From Candidatus Bathyarchaeota archaeon (GTDB lineage: Archaea; Thermoproteota; Bathyarchaeia; TCS64; B23): a stretch of DNA of 45,072 bases. Shown in pieces: positions 23,313 through 31,526 of this stretch (position 1 is the first letter of the stretch; every line of letters starts with the position of its first letter). Where the stretch lies: assembly GCA_021161045.1 (NCBI GenBank), contig JAGHBJ010000063.1, positions 1 to 45,072 on the forward strand. The letters run 5' to 3'. The notes beneath the pieces are model-generated. The model did not search any database and was not told where the DNA came from. It was given only the letters and a program-made list of their open reading frames with translations. Both the position numbers and the translations under genes were made by a program.

Positions 23313-23873
23313 TTATAGGCCGAGTTCCTCGCTGACGCTTCTCATCGCCTTTAAGCCGAGGTCGAAGAATTCCTCTAGGGTGAGGCCTAGCTCCTCGCAT
23401 CTCCTGATGCGGCTTCGGTCTACGCCTCTTGCGAAGGATTTATCCTTAAACTTCCTCTTCAGGCTTCGAATCTTGACGGTGGCCACCCGCTTATCCGGCA
23501 TCATCAGCGCTGTGGCGACTATGAGGCCTGAGAGGGCGTCGGCGGCTATGAGGGCGATGTCCATGGGGCTTTTAGCCTCGACACCTGTCAGCTCGTTATG
23601 CGCCCTTATGGCGTGGAGGGCCTCCTCCGGCAGCACATCTGATACCATCTCGGCGGAGAGCAGTCCATGTCGCTTCATGTCTCCGCCAACCTCCTCATAA
23701 TCTATGTCGTGTAGTAGGCCGACTAGTTCCCAGAGGTCTGGGTCTCCACCTAGATGTTGGGCGAGGCCCCTCATTATGGCTGAGACTGCGATCATATGTT
23801 TCACAAGCCTCTCATTCTTCACATGCCTTCGAACCCTCTCCAAGGCTTCGGCTCTCGTTATCATGCTTCTCAC
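23313..23873 (-). CDS. HD-domain (HDIG-like) metal-dependent phosphohydrolase
   Basis: HMIAVSAIMRGLA...LLHDIDYE contains the H...HD signature. The size is 186 aa. Confidence 0.8.
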   Translation of the reverse strand: MRSMITRAEALERVRRHVKNERLVKHMIAVSAIMRGLAQHLGGDPDLWELVGLLHDIDYEEVGGDMKRHGLLSAEMVSDVLPEEALHAIRAHNELTGVEAKSPMDIALIAADALSGLIVATALMMPDKRVATVKIRSLKRKFKDKSFARGVDRSRIRRCEELGLTLEEFFDLGLKAMRSVSEELGL

Positions 23874-23901
23874 CTCAGCAGACTTAAAATAGGAGTGTGT
23901 G

Positions 23902-23917
23902 GAGTCTTAGAAGACTC
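23902..23917. promoter_or_regulatory. Perfect 16-nt palindrome GAGTCTTAGAAGACTC in the divergent HD/MFS promoter region; candidate operator
   Basis: It sits between the TATA-like GACTTAAAATAGG (23881-23893) and the TTG start of the MFS gene (23934). Confidence 0.25.
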
Positions 23918-23933
23918 TTTCGGGGCCTGAGCC

Positions 23934-25106
23934 TTGGGGAGGGATGAGAAGCTCTCGATCCTCAGCTACTCCCTCTTCGCCGTCACCCTAGCCCACATGC
24001 TGACCCATGTCCTCCAGAGGGTTCACATCGCCCTCTTCCCCATCATAAGGGAGGAGTATAGGCTCTCGTTGAGGGAGTTGGGCTTGATAGCGTCGATTCC
24101 GCCTCTGATTCAGGCTTTCTTAACGCTGCCTATGGGCTTCCTCGCCGATCGATTTGGATCTAAGAGGATGATACTCCTGAACCTCTCCATCGCGGCCCTC
24201 GGCAGCCTATTGGCCTGGAGGTCGATGAATCCCTGGATGCTAGTGGCCGCCGTTTCCCTCATTTATATGAACAGCGCGATCTATCATCCTGCAGCCTATA
24301 GTCTAGTCTCAAAGCTCTTCTCCCCGAGGGATCGCCCCAAGGCCCTCGGGATTCAGGGAGCCGGTGGGACGCTCGGCCTCTCCCTCGGCCCCATATCCGC
24401 CGGCCTGTTGATGGCGCTCCTCCCCATCACCTGGAGGGGTGTCTACCTCTTCTGGCTGATACCTATACTTGTAGGCATCATCTCGATTCTCCCTATTAGA
24501 TATGAGCCTAAGCTCGATGTTGGGGAGGAGTTGGAGGAGGTGGAGAAGGCTTCAAGCATGTTGAGTCTCAGCTTCATCCTCTTCCTCCTCTTCGTCTCCC
24601 TCAGAACCATGGGGGGTCAGATGATCGCATCCTTCATCACCCTATACCTCGTCGATGTTAGAAGGCTGAGTCAGGCGGTCTCAAGTATCGTGTATGGAGC
24701 CTCCTCCCTAGTAGGCATCTTCGCCGCCCCCCTCGGAGGATTCCTCGCATCGAGGTTTGGGGAGAAGCGTTGGCTCCTCCTCACCCTCTCTGGGGCCTAT
24801 ATCTCCATAGCCCTCGCAGCGGCTGCGCCTACACCCCTGATCTTCACTCCCCTCTACATCCTCTATGGCTTCCTCACCACCCTAGGTATGCCGGCCAACT
24901 CCTCCATCATCGCTAGGCTCTCACCCAGCAGCCATAGAGGCCTAGCTTACAGCCTCCTCTTCCTCCCCGTAAGCGTCATGGGGGCTTTATCGCCGACGCT
25001 TGCCTCCCTAATCGCTGAGGTCTACGGCCTCCCCGCCATCTTCCCCCTCTCCCTCATCATCTCAGCCCTAGGGTTGGCGATCCTGAAGTTCGGCGTCGAG
25101 GTCTAA
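23934..25106 (+). CDS. MFS transporter
   Basis: About 12 hydrophobic segments are present. The MFS loop motif LADRFGSKR lies between TM2 and TM3. The start is TTG. Confidence 0.8.
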   Translation: MGRDEKLSILSYSLFAVTLAHMLTHVLQRVHIALFPIIREEYRLSLRELGLIASIPPLIQAFLTLPMGFLADRFGSKRMILLNLSIAALGSLLAWRSMNPWMLVAAVSLIYMNSAIYHPAAYSLVSKLFSPRDRPKALGIQGAGGTLGLSLGPISAGLLMALLPITWRGVYLFWLIPILVGIISILPIRYEPKLDVGEELEEVEKASSMLSLSFILFLLFVSLRTMGGQMIASFITLYLVDVRRLSQAVSSIVYGASSLVGIFAAPLGGFLASRFGEKRWLLLTLSGAYISIALAAAAPTPLIFTPLYILYGFLTTLGMPANSSIIARLSPSSHRGLAYSLLFLPVSVMGALSPTLASLIAEVYGLPAIFPLSLIISALGLAILKFGVEV

Positions 25107-25885
25107 CAGCCGTCGATGGGAGCGAGGTTGAGGTAGTTTACAGCCCTCCCGATCTCCCTAGTTCCCCCTCCCTCAGCTACGATCCGCATCAAGCTGTCGG
25201 CGTCTACAACCCTCAAGGCCCCAACTGCATCTACGCCTCTATCGAAGAGGGGGTCGGGGAGGAGTGGTGTTGAGGCTCCGACGACGGCTTTAAACCTCGC
25301 ATCCTGGGAGAGGCTGAGAACCTCATCTATGCTTCCATTCGCTATGCTGCTGCCGGTGATCACCACGACGTCGGCCTCGGGGAGGATCCTCGGAGCCTCA
25401 GAGCCTGGCAGCGCCCTCCCCCTCCTCCTCGTAGGGTCATTCTCCAAGATTATGAGTTTAGAGGATGCCTCCCTCAGGGGTTTCTCGAAGGGCCTTATGT
25501 AGCCGACGAGGACTACTGTGTCGCTGGGTTTAATCTCTCTCAGCAGATGTGGGAGGAGGTTCCCCCTCCAAACCCTGTATCGATGCTCCTGGAAGATGTG
25601 ATGCGCCAATGCGTTTAGGGCCGCCATTCCGACCACCCTCTCACTTAGGTCTTGGGAGGCGGCGAGTCTCGCAAGCTCTAGGGCTTTCATATCTCTGAGG
25701 GTGCCCGCCCTCCTCGAGATTCCCCTGGGGCAGGGGTTCTCCCCTAGAAGTGAGTGGCATAGGCCTACATCCCCCGAGTCTATCCTGACGGCTGTGTATC
25801 CGACGCCTAGAATCGCCTCCTCCACGGTGAACTCGTCGACATCCTCAGCCTCTATCCGCTCTAGGAGCTCCTTTACGACCCCCAT
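25103..25885 (-). CDS. DUF4213/DUF364 protein (Rossmann-like, putative metal-chelation domain family)
   Basis: The N-terminus ILGVGYTAVRIDSGDVGLCHSL and the C-terminal Rossmann-like part VVLVGYIRP...VVVITGSSIANGS match this architecture. Confidence 0.7.
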   Translation of the reverse strand: MGVVKELLERIEAEDVDEFTVEEAILGVGYTAVRIDSGDVGLCHSLLGENPCPRGISRRAGTLRDMKALELARLAASQDLSERVVGMAALNALAHHIFQEHRYRVWRGNLLPHLLREIKPSDTVVLVGYIRPFEKPLREASSKLIILENDPTRRRGRALPGSEAPRILPEADVVVITGSSIANGSIDEVLSLSQDARFKAVVGASTPLLPDPLFDRGVDAVGALRVVDADSLMRIVAEGGGTREIGRAVNYLNLAPIDGC

Positions 25886-25925
25886 CTTGGAGGTCTATAG
25901 TCGATGAGGCTCTTCACTTTTATCC

Positions 25926-27344
25926 TCACAGTATATGGGGCCAGAGGATGAGGGCCATCAGTGTTGTCAGGAGGCCGCCGATGATGTCTAGGAGGACTCC
26001 AGCCTTGATCATCTCCCTCAGCGAGACCTTGCCGGTGCTATAGGCTATGGCGTTGGGCGGCGTCCCAACGGGTAGCATGAAGTCTAGGCTGGTGGCTATG
26101 CCGACTACGGCTGCGGGTATGCTCGCCCTAATCCCCATGGCTCCGCTCATGCCGATGACGATGGGCAGCAGGATCCCCGCACTCGCGGTGTTGCTCGCTA
26201 TGATGCTGACTCCGAGGCTGAGAAAGGCGATTAGTAGTAGGGTCATCGAAGTTGGTAGTTCACCTAGGCTTAGGATGACTCCCCCAATTCTCGCCGTAAG
26301 CCCTGAGACTTTGAGGGCTGAGCCTAGGCTGAGTCCTCCACCTATGAGGAGCAGCGTCCCCCAATCAACCCTTGAGATGTCATGCTCGTCGAGTAGGCCT
26401 GTGAGGAAGAGGAGGAATCCTATCAGGGCTGCCACCGCCCCCGAGGATAGGCCATGTCCACCCCAGCCCAGCAGCCTTGCGAGGGGTTCAGGCAGCCTAC
26501 CCGTGGCCCATAGAACTATGGAGGACGCGAAGAGGATGAGAGTCAACCTCTGCCTAGGATTCATCTCCAGCTCCACCTTGAGGGCTGGAAGCCGTTTCAC
26601 ATCGGTGGGAAAGAGGGTTAGGAGGAGAAGCCAGATGATGGGGATCATGGTCAACGTTATCGGCAGCCCTAATAGGCTCCAGCCTAGGAAGGTGATCTCA
26701 TATCCAGTCATCTCCCTCAGCATCCCCGCGGCCATGGCCGTGGTGGTTGTCCCAACGAGGGTGGCCAACCCCCCGACGGTGGCCGAGTAGGCGACTCCCA
26801 AGACCAGGATCTTCGAGAGGTTCCCCCTCGAATCTCTAACCTCCTCGGTCATCCTCAACGCTATGGCCAGCATGAGGGCTGTCGAGGCCGTGTTGCTGAT
26901 CCACATCGATAGGAGGGCCGTCGTCAGCATCGTCAATAGGATTAGAAGCCTCGCATCGCCGCCGAATCTCGATAGGATTTGATGGGCGATATACTCATCG
27001 AGATCATGTTTATCGACGGCTACGGCTAGGAGGAAGCCGCCTAAGAGGAGCATGACAACGGGGTCGAAGAAGGGTTGAAGCGCCTCGCGGAAGCCCTGGA
27101 TGCCCAGCATCGACTGTAAGAGGGGTATCAACAGCGATGTGGCCGCGAGGGGGAGAGCCTCAGTCATCCACAGACCCGCCGCCAGGATCAAAAGCATCAG
27201 GGCACATCTCTCCCCCTGGGTGAGCAGGCCGCTGGAGGCGTAGAAGGAGAGGAGTGACGCCGAGGCGACGGCGATGAACTTAGCTCCCCGCCCAAGCTTC
27301 AAGTCCAAATCCCCTAAAGCTCCTTGAAGGAGAGGATGGTGCAC
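25926..27344 (-). CDS. DASS/SLC13-like anion transporter (ArsB/NhaD permease superfamily)
   Basis: This 472-aa polytopic membrane protein has duplicated hairpin motifs (SNTASTA and SNTASAG) that are characteristic of the divalent anion:Na+ symporter family. Confidence 0.8.
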   Translation of the reverse strand: MHHPLLQGALGDLDLKLGRGAKFIAVASASLLSFYASSGLLTQGERCALMLLILAAGLWMTEALPLAATSLLIPLLQSMLGIQGFREALQPFFDPVVMLLLGGFLLAVAVDKHDLDEYIAHQILSRFGGDARLLILLTMLTTALLSMWISNTASTALMLAIALRMTEEVRDSRGNLSKILVLGVAYSATVGGLATLVGTTTTAMAAGMLREMTGYEITFLGWSLLGLPITLTMIPIIWLLLLTLFPTDVKRLPALKVELEMNPRQRLTLILFASSIVLWATGRLPEPLARLLGWGGHGLSSGAVAALIGFLLFLTGLLDEHDISRVDWGTLLLIGGGLSLGSALKVSGLTARIGGVILSLGELPTSMTLLLIAFLSLGVSIIASNTASAGILLPIVIGMSGAMGIRASIPAAVVGIATSLDFMLPVGTPPNAIAYSTGKVSLREMIKAGVLLDIIGGLLTTLMALILWPHIL

Positions 27345-27604
27345 TCCTCCTGGGAGCAGAGCTCCTCCACCAGGGCTTTGAAGCTGAAGAGATCTTCCAG
27401 GTCGACGGTGGCGTATAGAACCGCCAGGCTTGGATAACGTCTCCCAACTGCCTTTAAGACTGGTGGAACTGCTATGCTGCTGCTGAAGTCCGCCCTTAAG
27501 CCGCTCTCCCTAAGCCTCTCAGCCAATTTGAGGATGATGTTCCTCTCTATTATATCGCCTCTGACGATGATTTCAACAGTCCTCAACTTACCCAAGTCTA
27601 TCAA
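27314..27604 (-). CDS. Hypothetical 96-aa soluble protein co-oriented with, and overlapping, the transporter gene
   Basis: This ORF-track entry overlaps the DASS start by 31 nt. No family was recognised. A beta-alpha-beta-like N-terminus (RTVEIIVRGDIIERNIILKLAERLRESGL) vaguely recalls PII-like small regulators. Confidence 0.45.
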   Translation of the reverse strand: MIDLGKLRTVEIIVRGDIIERNIILKLAERLRESGLRADFSSSIAVPPVLKAVGRRYPSLAVLYATVDLEDLFSFKALVEELCSQEECTILSFKEL

Positions 27605-27646
27605 ATATCAACCTTCATGAGGCTTATAAAAAGGCGTTGAATCGGC

Positions 27647-29200
27647 TCAACCTCTTCGATAGAGGATTCTACCCCCAACTATCGTCATGTAGACCTCCAT
27701 ATCCTTGATTCGGTCAGGCTCCATGATCATGTCGCCGTCGACGATGGTTATGTCAGCCAGCTTCCCAGGTTCAAGACTCCCCTTAAGATGCTCCTCGAAG
27801 CTGGAGTAGGCGGACTCCCATGTATAGCATCTAACAGCCTCCACGACGCTTATGCGGCTCTCCTTTATCGGATGGTTGACAGCTGACCAGATGCCGTAGA
27901 GGGGGTGGAAGGGCATGGAGTCTGAACCGAAGGCGACGTGGACGCCTTCATCCAGCAGCACTCGGTAGGGATTGTTCCTCCTCAACCTCTCAGGCCCTAG
28001 GCGGGCCTCATACATGCCTCCAGGGCCACTCCAGTTTCCGACGAAGTTTGGCTGCATCGAGGCTATGAGGTTCAGCTCCCTGATCCGTTCGATCTGGTTT
28101 GGGGTGAGCACCTCGCAGTGTTCTATTCGATGCCGGTGGTCTCGTCTGGGATTCTCCCTCAGCGCCTCCTCTATGGCGTTTATCACCTCCTCTATACCCC
28201 TGTCGCCGATGGCGTGGACGGCCACCTGGAATCCACGGCTGTGAGCCTTCCTAATCAGCCTTCTGAGCTCCTCAGGTTCGAGGGTGAAGATCCCCCTGGT
28301 GGAGGGGTCGTCGGCGTAGGGTTCGAAGAGGGCTGCGGTTCTAGCACCCATGGAGCCGTCGGCCAGCAGCTTCACCGATCCTATGCGGAGCATCTCGTCG
28401 CCGAAGCCGGTTTTGATGCCCAGCCTCTCAGCCGCCTCAGCCGCCTCCTCAGCCAGCATGAGATAGGCCCTAACCTTCAGGACGCCCGTCTCCCACGCCC
28501 TCTGATAGACCCTGAGGGCGAAGGGGTCGAGACCCGCATCCTGTATGCTGGTGCATCCAAGCCTCAGGGCCAAGTCGCAGGCCCTCTTCAAGCCCTCCAG
28601 GGCCTCCTCCTCCGTCGGCGGCGGTATAACCCTCTCGATGAGTTCACGGGCGTCCCTCAAGATGCCCGTCGGCTCTCCATCCGGCCCCTTATCGATGAGT
28701 CCCCCAGGTGGATTCGGCGTATCCCTGGTTATGCCCGCGATCTCCAGAGCCTTGCTGTTGACGGAGACGAGGTGGCCGCAGATCCTCACCAGCATCACGG
28801 GGTTGTCTGGGGCTATGGGGTCGAGATCCTCCTTCGTTATGTATCTCCGCTCAGGCCAGTGGCTCTCATCCCATCCGCGGCCTAGAACCCACTGCCCCTT
28901 CGGAGTCTCCTCGACGCGTCTCCTCACCAATTCAAGGGCATCCTTGAGGCTCTTGGCCTTGCTTAGGTCGATGTATCTCAGTAGGCCGAGTCCCATCATG
29001 AAGAAGTGGCAGTGGGCGTCTATGAGGCCGGGTAGGACTGTCTTACCCGATGCGTCGATGACCTCGGCGTCCTCCGGTATCTCAACCTCCCCCCGCCTGC
29101 CGACGGCCTTTATCCTGTCGCCTTCAACGAGGATTACTCCATCCTCTATGGGTTCACGACCCGTTCCATCGATGATCCTGCCTCCCACAATCGCCAGCAA
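27647..29200 (-). CDS. Amidohydrolase-family metal-dependent hydrolase (Amidohydro_3 / COG1574-like), paralog B
   Basis: VLPGLIDAHCHFF is the HxH motif, with AFGSDS near the C-terminus. The start is TTG at 29200. It shares SFEEHLKGSLEPGKLADI with paralog A. Confidence 0.85.
   Translation of the reverse strand: MLAIVGGRIIDGTGREPIEDGVILVEGDRIKAVGRRGEVEIPEDAEVIDASGKTVLPGLIDAHCHFFMMGLGLLRYIDLSKAKSLKDALELVRRRVEETPKGQWVLGRGWDESHWPERRYITKEDLDPIAPDNPVMLVRICGHLVSVNSKALEIAGITRDTPNPPGGLIDKGPDGEPTGILRDARELIERVIPPPTEEEALEGLKRACDLALRLGCTSIQDAGLDPFALRVYQRAWETGVLKVRAYLMLAEEAAEAAERLGIKTGFGDEMLRIGSVKLLADGSMGARTAALFEPYADDPSTRGIFTLEPEELRRLIRKAHSRGFQVAVHAIGDRGIEEVINAIEEALRENPRRDHRHRIEHCEVLTPNQIERIRELNLIASMQPNFVGNWSGPGGMYEARLGPERLRRNNPYRVLLDEGVHVAFGSDSMPFHPLYGIWSAVNHPIKESRISVVEAVRCYTWESAYSSFEEHLKGSLEPGKLADITIVDGDMIMEPDRIKDMEVYMTIVGGRILYRRG
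27750..27803 (-). repeat. 54-nt tract identical to 23026-23079 in inverted orientation (within paralog B)
   Basis: The plus strand reads ATGTCAGCCAGCTTCCCAGGTTCAAGACTCCCCTTAAGATGCTCCTCGAAGCTG, the exact reverse complement of 23026-23079. Confidence 0.9.
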
Positions 29201-29266
29201 CCTCGACAGCTCTATGAGATATGCCTAAAAGTGATTAAATCCTTCGTAGAGGGAAGGAGGGAGTGG

Positions 29267-30412
29267 GTGGAGTCAGAGGGCAGAGCAGTCCTCTGCATGC
29301 TGAAGACGAACGTCCATGACCACGTCGTATACAAGATCAGGATGGCGGAGCTTAGACGGCTAGTGGAGACTCTCGGCCTAGAGATCGTCGGCGAATTCAT
29401 CCAGACGAGGAGTCAGCCCTACTCCAAATTCCTCATCGGCAGTGGGAAGGTCGCTGAGATCAAGCGCTTCGTGAAGGCGAAGCACGTCGACCTCGTCGTC
29501 TTCTATAATATCCTCACCAGCAGTCAGAAGCTTAACCTCATTAGGGAGCTGGGATGTGACGTCGTCGACCGCTATGAGATAACATTGGAGATCTTCGATA
29601 GGATGGCCTCAGACAACCTCAGCAAGCTCCAGATCGAGGCTGCGAGATTGGAGAAGTTGGCGCCCTACTTCAAGTTGGAGGTCTCCCTGAAGTTTAGGAA
29701 TGAGCATCCCTTCTTCAGGAGCATGGGCGAGTACGCCTATCACAGCCGGTTGAGGGAGATCACCCGTAGGCAGGCGAAGATCAGGGAGCGTATAGAGGCC
29801 TTGAAGAGGGAGAAGCAGAGGCGCATCTATAAGCGTAAGTCGCTGGGCTACCCCATCATCTGTATCTCAGGCTTCTACAACGCCGGTAAGACGAGTCTCT
29901 TCAACGCCTTGACGGGGGAGGATAAGCCCGTCAGCCCTAAACCCTTCACGACGCTGAGCAGCAAGTATCAGCGTCGATATCTGGAGGATGGGAAGACGCT
30001 TCTGTTCATCGACACCATAGGCTTCGTCCTAGACCTCGACCCGAGGCTGATAAAGAGCTTCGAACTCAACTTGGAGGACATCCGATGCGCCGACCTGGTT
30101 CTGCTCCTCCTAGAGATCAATGATCCACTGCTGACGCTGAGGATGAAGCTGCGGGAGGGTGTAAGGCTGCTCACCGATATAGGGGTCTCCCCAGATCGAA
30201 TCATCATCGTCTTCAACAAGCTCGACCTCGCCCCTGAGAGGGGTGAATCCATCGGCGATGATCTCGGCCTCCCCCTGCTCGGCCTCCCCTGGATAGCCGT
30301 CTCCGCTAAGGAGCGCATAAATCTCGACGGCCTCCTCCAGCTCATACTCCAGAGGCTTGAGGAGGTTGAGAAGCCCCGATTGGAGGCTGTGGCGGCGGTT
30401 GGAGAGGGTTGA
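29267..30412 (+). CDS. hflX: GTPase HflX
   Basis: An HflX N-terminal domain (GSGKVAEIKRFV...LSKLQIEAARLE) is followed by a G domain (GFYNAGKTSLFNALTG, DTIGFV, NKLD). The start was chosen at in-frame GTG 29267, about 26-34 nt downstream of the GATTAAATC box (29233-29241). The track start GTG 29231 would place that box inside the gene. Confidence 0.85.
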   Translation: MESEGRAVLCMLKTNVHDHVVYKIRMAELRRLVETLGLEIVGEFIQTRSQPYSKFLIGSGKVAEIKRFVKAKHVDLVVFYNILTSSQKLNLIRELGCDVVDRYEITLEIFDRMASDNLSKLQIEAARLEKLAPYFKLEVSLKFRNEHPFFRSMGEYAYHSRLREITRRQAKIRERIEALKREKQRRIYKRKSLGYPIICISGFYNAGKTSLFNALTGEDKPVSPKPFTTLSSKYQRRYLEDGKTLLFIDTIGFVLDLDPRLIKSFELNLEDIRCADLVLLLLEINDPLLTLRMKLREGVRLLTDIGVSPDRIIIVFNKLDLAPERGESIGDDLGLPLLGLPWIAVSAKERINLDGLLQLILQRLEEVEKPRLEAVAAVGEG

Positions 30413-31058
30413 GGAGATCGTCAGCCGTGTTCTAACCCGCTACGGCGTGATGAATCCACCGAGGATTGGAGACCCCTTCAAGGGCTTGATTCGAACAATC
30501 CTCAGCCAGAACACGAGTAGGGCCAACACACAGGCAGCCTATAGACGTCTTGAATCCCTGATAGGGGTGGAGCCTAGACGTCTGGCGGAGGCATCCATCG
30601 AGGAGATCGCTGAGGCTATAAGGCCCGCCGGCATGCACCGTCAACGGGCTGGGGTTATCAAGCGTGTAGCCGAGCTGATTCTGCGGCGATATGGGGGAGA
30701 TCTGAAGCCTCTTTTGGATAGGCCCTACGAGGAGGCGAGGAGGCTGTTGATGGAGCTTCCAGGCGTCGGTAGGAAGACGGCTGACGTGGTTCTCCTCTTC
30801 GAGGGCGGCTTCAGGGTGCTGCCCATAGATAGGCATATACATCGAATAGCCGTGAGACTCGGCCTAGTCCCCAGGGGGGCTGACTATGATGAGGTTAGGA
30901 GAACCCTGGAGGCCGCCGCCAGCCCTGAGAGGTATCTAGACCTCCATCTAGGCCTCATCAGATTTGGGAGGGAGATATGTCGGGCGAGGAGGCCTAGATG
31001 CGATGCCTGCTTCCTCTCGGATCTCTGCCCTAGGAGAGGTGTCTCTAATCCTCCTTGA
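30357..31058 (+). CDS. nth: Endonuclease III / HhH-GPD DNA glycosylase with an Fe-S cluster
   Basis: LIRTILSQNTS, the HhH motif LPGVGRKTADVVL and the C-terminal CRARRPRCDACFLSDLC are present. The start is uncertain: TTG 30357, 30366 or 30399 all overlap the hflX 3' end. Confidence 0.85.
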   Translation: MRRLRSPDWRLWRRLERVEEIVSRVLTRYGVMNPPRIGDPFKGLIRTILSQNTSRANTQAAYRRLESLIGVEPRRLAEASIEEIAEAIRPAGMHRQRAGVIKRVAELILRRYGGDLKPLLDRPYEEARRLLMELPGVGRKTADVVLLFEGGFRVLPIDRHIHRIAVRLGLVPRGADYDEVRRTLEAAASPERYLDLHLGLIRFGREICRARRPRCDACFLSDLCPRRGVSNPP

Positions 31059-31467
31059 GCGATGCATAGTATAGGGCTGCTGAGGTGTATGTGAAGCCCT
31101 GGAGGGCGAGGAAAAGCCACGACGGCCTCTCAACGCCTGGTATGGTTGAGAGGAGGCTTGTGATGGAGGATACTAGGATCGTGGAGACGAGAAGCCTATC
31201 CATCCAGGGATCGATGAGATGTCTAGATGCCTGCTTCTCCCCCATGGAGGGCTGCTGGGATGGTATCCTCACCCTCAATATCGCGAGTAGGGTGAGGGAG
31301 GCTAGGAGGGCTGAGAGGGTGGAGAGGGGGGCGAGCCACCAGGCTGGGGTCAATCCGGCGGAGGAAAGATTTAGAATAAAATGAAGTTTATGGATTCTAA
31401 ACAGCTCCCACTGATCGCTGAGAGTAAACCCTATGAGTGATATGATTCCCTGAGATGGCTGGATCAT
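31045..31467 (-). CDS. Hypothetical membrane protein (3-4 hydrophobic segments)
   Basis: This is the only ORF with protein-like hydrophobic periodicity in the otherwise unassigned 31059-31526 interval. No family was recognised. Confidence 0.35.
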   Translation of the reverse strand: MIQPSQGIISLIGFTLSDQWELFRIHKLHFILNLSSAGLTPAWWLAPLSTLSALLASLTLLAILRVRIPSQQPSMGEKQASRHLIDPWMDRLLVSTILVSSITSLLSTIPGVERPSWLFLALQGFTYTSAALYYASLKED

Positions 31468-31526
31468 AGGTATCCGAGGTCGATCCAGAAACCTTTATGG
31501 ATGCCTAATCCTTAGAGTGGTCGAAC

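Noticed and set aside
26047-29228. Long plus-strand ORFs antisense to the DASS transporter and amidohydrolase B (247, 255 and 227 aa), with similar cases at 4065-4652, 19521-19925 and 43563-44222
   Set aside because: Their composition is rich in Ser, Pro, Arg and Leu and they have no recognisable motifs. They fully overlap well-supported genes on the other strand, which is a typical high-GC antisense artifact.
31059-31526. The 468-nt region without a confident gene was considered as a candidate structured RNA (RNase P RNA or SRP RNA)
   Set aside because: No conserved RNase P CR-I (GAGGAAAGUCC) or SRP domain IV motifs are present. GAGGAAAGAT at about 31356 does not continue correctly. A membrane-protein-like ORF on the minus strand fills the interval.
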